DNA from: Methanocaldococcus sp. FS406-22
GTDB lineage: Archaea; AGJL01; Methanococci; Methanococcales; Methanocaldococcaceae
DNA length: 32,000 nt
Assembly (NCBI RefSeq): GCF_000025525.1
Contig: NC_013887.1
Coordinates: 1,626,871-1,658,870, forward strand
Direction of reading: 5' to 3'
Part shown: piece by piece, positions 27,401-32,000 of the stretch
How positions within the stretch are numbered: the first letter of the stretch is position 1
How the letters are laid out: the number at the start of each line of letters is the position of its first letter
Position numbers and translations under genes: made by a program
The notes under the pieces: model-generated
Told to the model about the DNA's origin: nothing
The model's database searches: none
Seen by the model: only the letters and a program-made list of their open reading frames with translations

Positions 27401-29360
27401 CTTTTATTCCACCCCTCACTTTAACAGCCAATCCATAATTAAATTCTCTCAGCTCAATACCATTTAATATAACTGTCCCATAAGCCAATAGTTCATCATC
27501 TTCATTAACAACTAAAACCTCTTCATAAGGCCTTAACTCCTCATCACAATCAACAACAAATTTGGCAAATACATTCCTTCCCTGTCTTGCGAATTCCTCT
27601 GCCTCTTTATTAACAACAACTCTGTATCTTGGAAATGGAATCTTTTCCCATAACAATTTAGCTCCCTTCTTAGAAGGTATTAAAAAGTTGTCATTACTTC
27701 TAACTGAGAATAAAATATCTCCATTTTCATCTAAAACCTGCCTCAATCTACCAGTGGTTTTACTTCTAACAATCTCTATTTTACTCATTAGTTCATCATC
27801 AATTATATCAAAGCCATACTGATACTGCAACATCTTCCTAATCCTTAAAGCATCAGCATTAACTTTTTTGGTAGCAGAGAAGTAGTTTATATAATAATTG
27901 TAGGTCATTATATCCAATATATTGTCTTCTCCAATTTTTTTCTTCAACCAATCAATAAACTCATCAATAAACTTTTTATTTATCTCTTTTTCATAATCAA
28001 AAAGTTCTGGAATTTCATGTTGAGATAGTGGGTAGATAGTGTCTATATAGTATGGAATAAATCCAAATACGGGGTCTTTAATTAGGATATCGACATCTGT
28101 CTCAACTACATTCAAATACTCATGATATGGCTTTTCTATTGAACTTGAGACAGTTGTAATATAAACTTTTTCATATTTTATTCTCTTTAATCTCTTCTTA
28201 TGCCTTAAAACTTCTGGTCTAAACATCGATTCAATGCCAGAGTAGAAGAAAGCAGATTTTTTAGTTACCGGGTCAAATTTTTCTATGTAATCCATATACT
28301 TCCTAACAACTCTATACCCTTCTAAAAGCTTTGGATGGCATCTAACCCTCTCCTCAACTAACTCCCACAAACTTCCCTCTTTTATTGCCTGTTTTATTCT
28401 ATTTATCTCTTCAAAAGTTATATATAAGTTGTGTTCAGCTAATAATCTCTCTCTGTCCTTTTTATTTAAGCCTGCCAACTCTTTTGGCGTATAACTTGAG
28501 CAAACAGGACATGAGCAAGGAAATGCTTTTAAATCTTTAATCTCCTCTAAGTGTAAAGTGCCAGTTTCAGTTAAATATCTGTCATCTTTAGCATATAAAG
28601 CATAAGCGGCAGAATCAAACAAATCACATCCTAAAGCAACAGCTAAAGCAAAGAACATTGGATGCCCACAACCAAATAAATGCACTGGCTTGTTTGTAGG
28701 CAGATACATCTTTGAGTTTATTATGATTTCAGCAACATCTCTGTATCTGTACTGCTCCATCAATGGAACAACAGCCCCTATTGGATAGATATCAAAGTCC
28801 AACTTAGCCATCTCTTTAGCAGATTTTTGCCTCAAATCTAAATAAGTTGAACCCTGAACAGTTCCATTTAATAATAACCTAAATCCTTTCTCTTTCTTTA
28901 ATTCTATGGATGCCTTAGCCCTCTTTAAAGTTTCTTCCAATTCTTTCTCAGCCCTTTCCCTTTCAACATCTGGTGGTGTTGGAATATCCAAGATAGTTCC
29001 AACATCTACTCCTATCCTCTCCTGAAACTCTACAATCTCCAACGGCTCAACTTCAACATCTCCATAAACTCCCAACTGAAAAGAACCACTATCTGTAACA
29101 ATTACTTTATCAAAGCCAATTAATTTGTGAATCCCTTTTTCTTCAGCAATCTCTCTTAAATGTTTTGTTCTGTAAGTTATGTATGAGTTTGTTATAATAA
29201 CATCTGCCAATTTGTTTATTAAATCCATTGAAACAATCTGTTTTTTTGGATTTGGATGAACAACCGGCATTATTGTAGGAGTTTCTATCTTTTTGCCGTT
29301 TATATTTAAAATTCCTATTCTTCCCATAGCATCTCTATGTTTTATCTCAAAGGTCATCAT
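27387..29360 (-). CDS. tgtA: Archaeosine tRNA-guanine transglycosylase
   Basis: 657 aa; VTDSGSFQLGVYG, VDVGTILDIPTPP, NGTVQGSTYLDLRQKS, CSCPVCSSYTPKEL zinc site, C-terminal PUA-like domain. Confidence 0.96.
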   Translation of the reverse strand: MMTFEIKHRDAMGRIGILNINGKKIETPTIMPVVHPNPKKQIVSMDLINKLADVIITNSYITYRTKHLREIAEEKGIHKLIGFDKVIVTDSGSFQLGVYGDVEVEPLEIVEFQERIGVDVGTILDIPTPPDVERERAEKELEETLKRAKASIELKKEKGFRLLLNGTVQGSTYLDLRQKSAKEMAKLDFDIYPIGAVVPLMEQYRYRDVAEIIINSKMYLPTNKPVHLFGCGHPMFFALAVALGCDLFDSAAYALYAKDDRYLTETGTLHLEEIKDLKAFPCSCPVCSSYTPKELAGLNKKDRERLLAEHNLYITFEEINRIKQAIKEGSLWELVEERVRCHPKLLEGYRVVRKYMDYIEKFDPVTKKSAFFYSGIESMFRPEVLRHKKRLKRIKYEKVYITTVSSSIEKPYHEYLNVVETDVDILIKDPVFGFIPYYIDTIYPLSQHEIPELFDYEKEINKKFIDEFIDWLKKKIGEDNILDIMTYNYYINYFSATKKVNADALRIRKMLQYQYGFDIIDDELMSKIEIVRSKTTGRLRQVLDENGDILFSVRSNDNFLIPSKKGAKLLWEKIPFPRYRVVVNKEAEEFARQGRNVFAKFVVDCDEELRPYEEVLVVNEDDELLAYGTVILNGIELREFNYGLAVKVRGGIKDANI

Positions 29361-29435
29361 TTTATCCTCCTATGAATTTTTAAATTTTGATTTAGAAATT
29401 TTATAAAATAAAAAATTTTAATTGCTAAATTTTAA

Positions 29436-29675
29436 TTATTCATCTATTCTTTGAGTTCTTCTAACTGTGAAAGCAAATAAAGCTGGTAAAATAGCTCCTC
29501 CTAATATTGCTTCTGTTAAAGCAACATCTGGGGCTAACAATGCATAGTATAAATAAGCCATACATAAACCAGCAAAGCCAGATAATATAATACATTTAAT
29601 TAAATCTTTTTGTAAGAGAGATGCTAAACTTGATAACAGTGTCATTACTATAACTATGTAATGTATAATTTCCAT
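29436..29675 (-). CDS. DUF4040-type membrane subunit (energy-converting hydrogenase or Mrp-like)
   Basis: 79 aa; LLAPDVALTEAILGGAILPALFAFTVRR. Confidence 0.75.
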   Translation of the reverse strand: MEIIHYIVIVMTLLSSLASLLQKDLIKCIILSGFAGLCMAYLYYALLAPDVALTEAILGGAILPALFAFTVRRTQRIDE

Positions 29676-29757
29676 TTTGGCTCACCTACAAATTTATTTC
29701 ATAAGTAATAATCTTATAACACAACAAATATAAAAAATTCTATACTGGGGGATTTTT

Positions 29758-30903
29758 ATGGATTACTATGTAACACTATCACCGGGACTTGAAAAAATAT
29801 CTAAAAATGAGATAGATGAATTTAAAGGAAAAATTAATGAGATTAGAGAAAACAGGGGTAGAATATTTTTTAGTGGTGATTTAGAACTAATTCCTAAGAT
29901 TAACTATCTCTCAAGGACTATAGAAAGATTAAATATCCTACTATATAGGGAAGAGATTCCAAACATATCCCTAGATGATATCTATGAGAGAGTTTATGAT
30001 ATTGATTGGACAGAGTGGATAAAAGAACATCAATCTTTTGCTATTAGACCATTAAGAGCTGGAGAACATAACTTTACATCAATAGACATTGGGAGAGTTG
30101 CTGGAGAGGCATTGATAAAATCTTATCAGAGAGATAAAAATGTGAGGTTGAAGGTTAATTTGGATGAACCAGATGTTATCGTTAGGGTTGAGGTTATATT
30201 TGATGAGTTAATTGTTGGTATTGACACAACTGGAGATGTTGCATTGGATAAGAGAGGTTATAGGGTTTTTAATCACCCAGCACACTTAAATGCCACTATT
30301 GCATCGGCATTAATTTATTTAAGTAATTGGAAGGATGATGAGGTTTTATTAGACCCGATGTGTGGTAGTGGCACTATCCCAATAGAAGGGGCTTTGATGA
30401 AGAGGAACACCCCACCAGGAAAGTTTAGAGAGGAAAAATATGGATTTAAGTTTGTTGATATTTTTGGTTATGGGCTTTTAGATAAAATAAAAAAAGAGAT
30501 TGTTGAGAATAAAAATATCTATAAAATAATTGGATTGGATAAGAATCAAAAATACTTAGATGGAGCTAAGGATAATGCTAAAAGTGCTAATGTTTTAGAT
30601 ACTATAGATTTTATTTGTGGAGATGCAACAAAACTGCATGAGAGATTTAGCAGTATTGATGTGATTATAGCAAATCCCCCTTATGGTATAAGAATGGGTA
30701 GCAAAAGAGCAGTAAAAAAGCTATACAATGAATTCCTATCCTCTGCAAAAAATATTATGCATGGCTCTTCCCGGTTGATAGTTATAACTGCTGAAGATAA
30801 ATTGTTTAAAGAGGCAGTAGCAAAAAATAACTTTGAGGTTAAGGATGAGTTCAATGTTATGTTTGGTGGTTTGATGACAAAAGTGTTTTATCTAACTTTA
30901 TAA
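29758..30903 (+). CDS. trm14: THUMP-domain tRNA (guanine-N2) methyltransferase, Trm14 type
   Basis: 381 aa; RGYRVFNHPAHLNATIASALIYL, LLDPMCGSGTIPIEGALM, ANPPYGIRMG. Confidence 0.88.
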   Translation: MDYYVTLSPGLEKISKNEIDEFKGKINEIRENRGRIFFSGDLELIPKINYLSRTIERLNILLYREEIPNISLDDIYERVYDIDWTEWIKEHQSFAIRPLRAGEHNFTSIDIGRVAGEALIKSYQRDKNVRLKVNLDEPDVIVRVEVIFDELIVGIDTTGDVALDKRGYRVFNHPAHLNATIASALIYLSNWKDDEVLLDPMCGSGTIPIEGALMKRNTPPGKFREEKYGFKFVDIFGYGLLDKIKKEIVENKNIYKIIGLDKNQKYLDGAKDNAKSANVLDTIDFICGDATKLHERFSSIDVIIANPPYGIRMGSKRAVKKLYNEFLSSAKNIMHGSSRLIVITAEDKLFKEAVAKNNFEVKDEFNVMFGGLMTKVFYLTL

Positions 30904-30918
30904 TTTTAGGGTGAAATA

Positions 30919-31095
30919 ATGGCTATAAATTTCTTAAGGAAAGAGCTTGCTACAAAAGAGGATATTCTATTAGTAAAAACTGAATTACTTGGTGAAATAA
31001 AAATAATAAAACTATGGATAAAAATCTTAGTTGTTTTGATTGTTATTTTTCCATTCATACCAGAAGTGTTAAAGAATATAGTATCTAGTTATTAA
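30919..31095 (+). CDS. Small coiled-coil plus single-TM protein (58 aa), not in the ORF track
   Basis: MAINFLRKELATKEDILLVKTELLGEIKIIKLWIKILVVLIVIFPFIPEVLKNIVSSY*, preceded by agggtgaaata; fits the gap between two + strand genes. Confidence 0.75.
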   Translation: MAINFLRKELATKEDILLVKTELLGEIKIIKLWIKILVVLIVIFPFIPEVLKNIVSSY

Positions 31096-31117
31096 ATGAA
31101 ATAATTTGAGGGAAATA

Positions 31118-31921
31118 ATGATTCAGGAAATAAAAGAGTTTATTTATAAATATTACATTGAACCAGCTGAAAAAGGGACTGGCTATAATATAGTCCAAGA
31201 AATAACCTACGGGATTATTTTAGCTTTAGCACTATATTTGTTTTATAAAGCTTTAAGGAAGTTAAATATAAACATTGATGAGAGATTTGCCATTCCGGGA
31301 ATTGTTTTTACTGTTTTAATTGCTCTAATGAGGGCTTTAGTTGATTGCGGCTACATAGAAAGAAGTTTTTTAACTATAACTCCGGGAATAGTGTTTTTAA
31401 TTGGTGGGTTTTTTATAGCAACGATTTTAATTACTGGGGTGGTATTTAAAGAGAAGTATTATAAAGTATCTGCAGTTATTGGGTTAATTCCATTGTTGTA
31501 TTTTTTTGGTATATTTCTTCAACACATAACTCATTTAGAGGCACTTCTATATGTTATAATTTTAGTAACAGCATTTTATTATTTAGTTAAATTTATTGAT
31601 AAAAGCTTAAAATTAAATATCTTACAGTCAAAGATTGATAGTTATGTTATAGTTGGGCAGTTAATTGATGCCTCTGCAACAACTATTGGCATTGGCATCT
31701 ATGGATATTGGGAACAGCACCCAATCCCAAGATTCTTAATGGAGACGTTTGGAGTTTATAGCTTTATCCCATTTAAGCTTTTGGTAATTTTATTAGCCCT
31801 CTATATCTTAAATAGAGAGGTTAAGGATGAAAACATAAAAAATATTATAAAACTCTGTATAATGGCTCTTGGATTAGCTCCGGGGCTTAGGGATTTGTTT
31901 AGAACGGTTATGGGCGTATAA
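31118..31921 (+). CDS. DUF63-family membrane protein
   Basis: [52 protein letters not shown]. Confidence 0.8.
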   Translation: MIQEIKEFIYKYYIEPAEKGTGYNIVQEITYGIILALALYLFYKALRKLNINIDERFAIPGIVFTVLIALMRALVDCGYIERSFLTITPGIVFLIGGFFIATILITGVVFKEKYYKVSAVIGLIPLLYFFGIFLQHITHLEALLYVIILVTAFYYLVKFIDKSLKLNILQSKIDSYVIVGQLIDASATTIGIGIYGYWEQHPIPRFLMETFGVYSFIPFKLLVILLALYILNREVKDENIKNIIKLCIMALGLAPGLRDLFRTVMGV

Positions 31922-31949
31922 ATGCTATAAAGGCACAATCTATTTATTT

Positions 31950-31977
31950 ATACCTCCGAGCGTAAGCGAGGAGGTAT
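31950..31977. repeat. Hairpin atacctcc-gagcgtaagcga-ggaggtat, copy 2 of 2, inverted relative to 7367-7394
   Basis: 8-bp perfect stem; loop is the exact reverse complement of the 7375-7386 loop. Confidence 0.85.
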
Positions 31978-32000
31978 CAGTTTTGATGAAACAGAAAGCT

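Noticed and set aside
27562-27822. Antisense 86-aa ORF in tgtA
   Set aside because: Shadow ORF, Ser/Leu-rich translation.
1-32000. CRISPR array, prophage or insertion sequence with transposase
   Set aside because: No regularly spaced direct repeats, no transposase, integrase or phage structural motifs were seen; only non-autonomous palindromic elements.

Overview
This looks like an ordinary AT-rich chromosomal segment from a hyperthermophilic methanogen of the Methanocaldococcus type. The genus is inferred from recognisable proteins and the overall AT-rich style; gene order recalls the M. jannaschii MJ0405-MJ0439 region, but strain identity is not assumed. Well-supported genes are a PfkB-family nucleoside kinase, nadA, an MptD-like protein, a MinD/ParA ATPase, hisF, a nitrate/taurine-type ABC ATPase and permease, a Pab1020-type RNA ligase, a PHP protein, a THUMP-SPOUT protein, dapB, a DUF234-type ATPase, a UDP-ManNAc-type dehydrogenase, argG, dcd, two class III signal peptide pilin-like proteins, an HTH regulator, tgtA, a Trm14-like methyltransferase and a DUF63 protein. 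No CRISPR array, rRNA, tRNA, transposase or phage module was seen. The most interesting signals are: (1) a GC-rich, strongly structured intergenic region at about 26290-26520 with its own archaeal promoter and mutually exclusive helices, a strong ncRNA candidate; (2) a family of MITE-like palindromic elements at 233-327, 8272-8367, 9565-9670 and 10250-10366, plus a short relative at 1252-1315; (3) a duplicated and degraded C-terminal gene fragment at 20679-20735; (4) a coupled HEPN-like plus unknown-protein pair at 20746-21755; (5) an STT3-like protein with an altered WWTTG motif next to a CWB2-like membrane protein and a polymerase-like membrane protein; (6) a hairpin with an identical 12-nt loop and a compensated stem change at 7367-7394 and 31950-31977; (7) three perfect hairpins in one convergent gap at 18071-18292; (8) phased GCAT repeats in the promoter of the HTH gene; (9) a 58-aa gene missing from the ORF track at 30919-31095.
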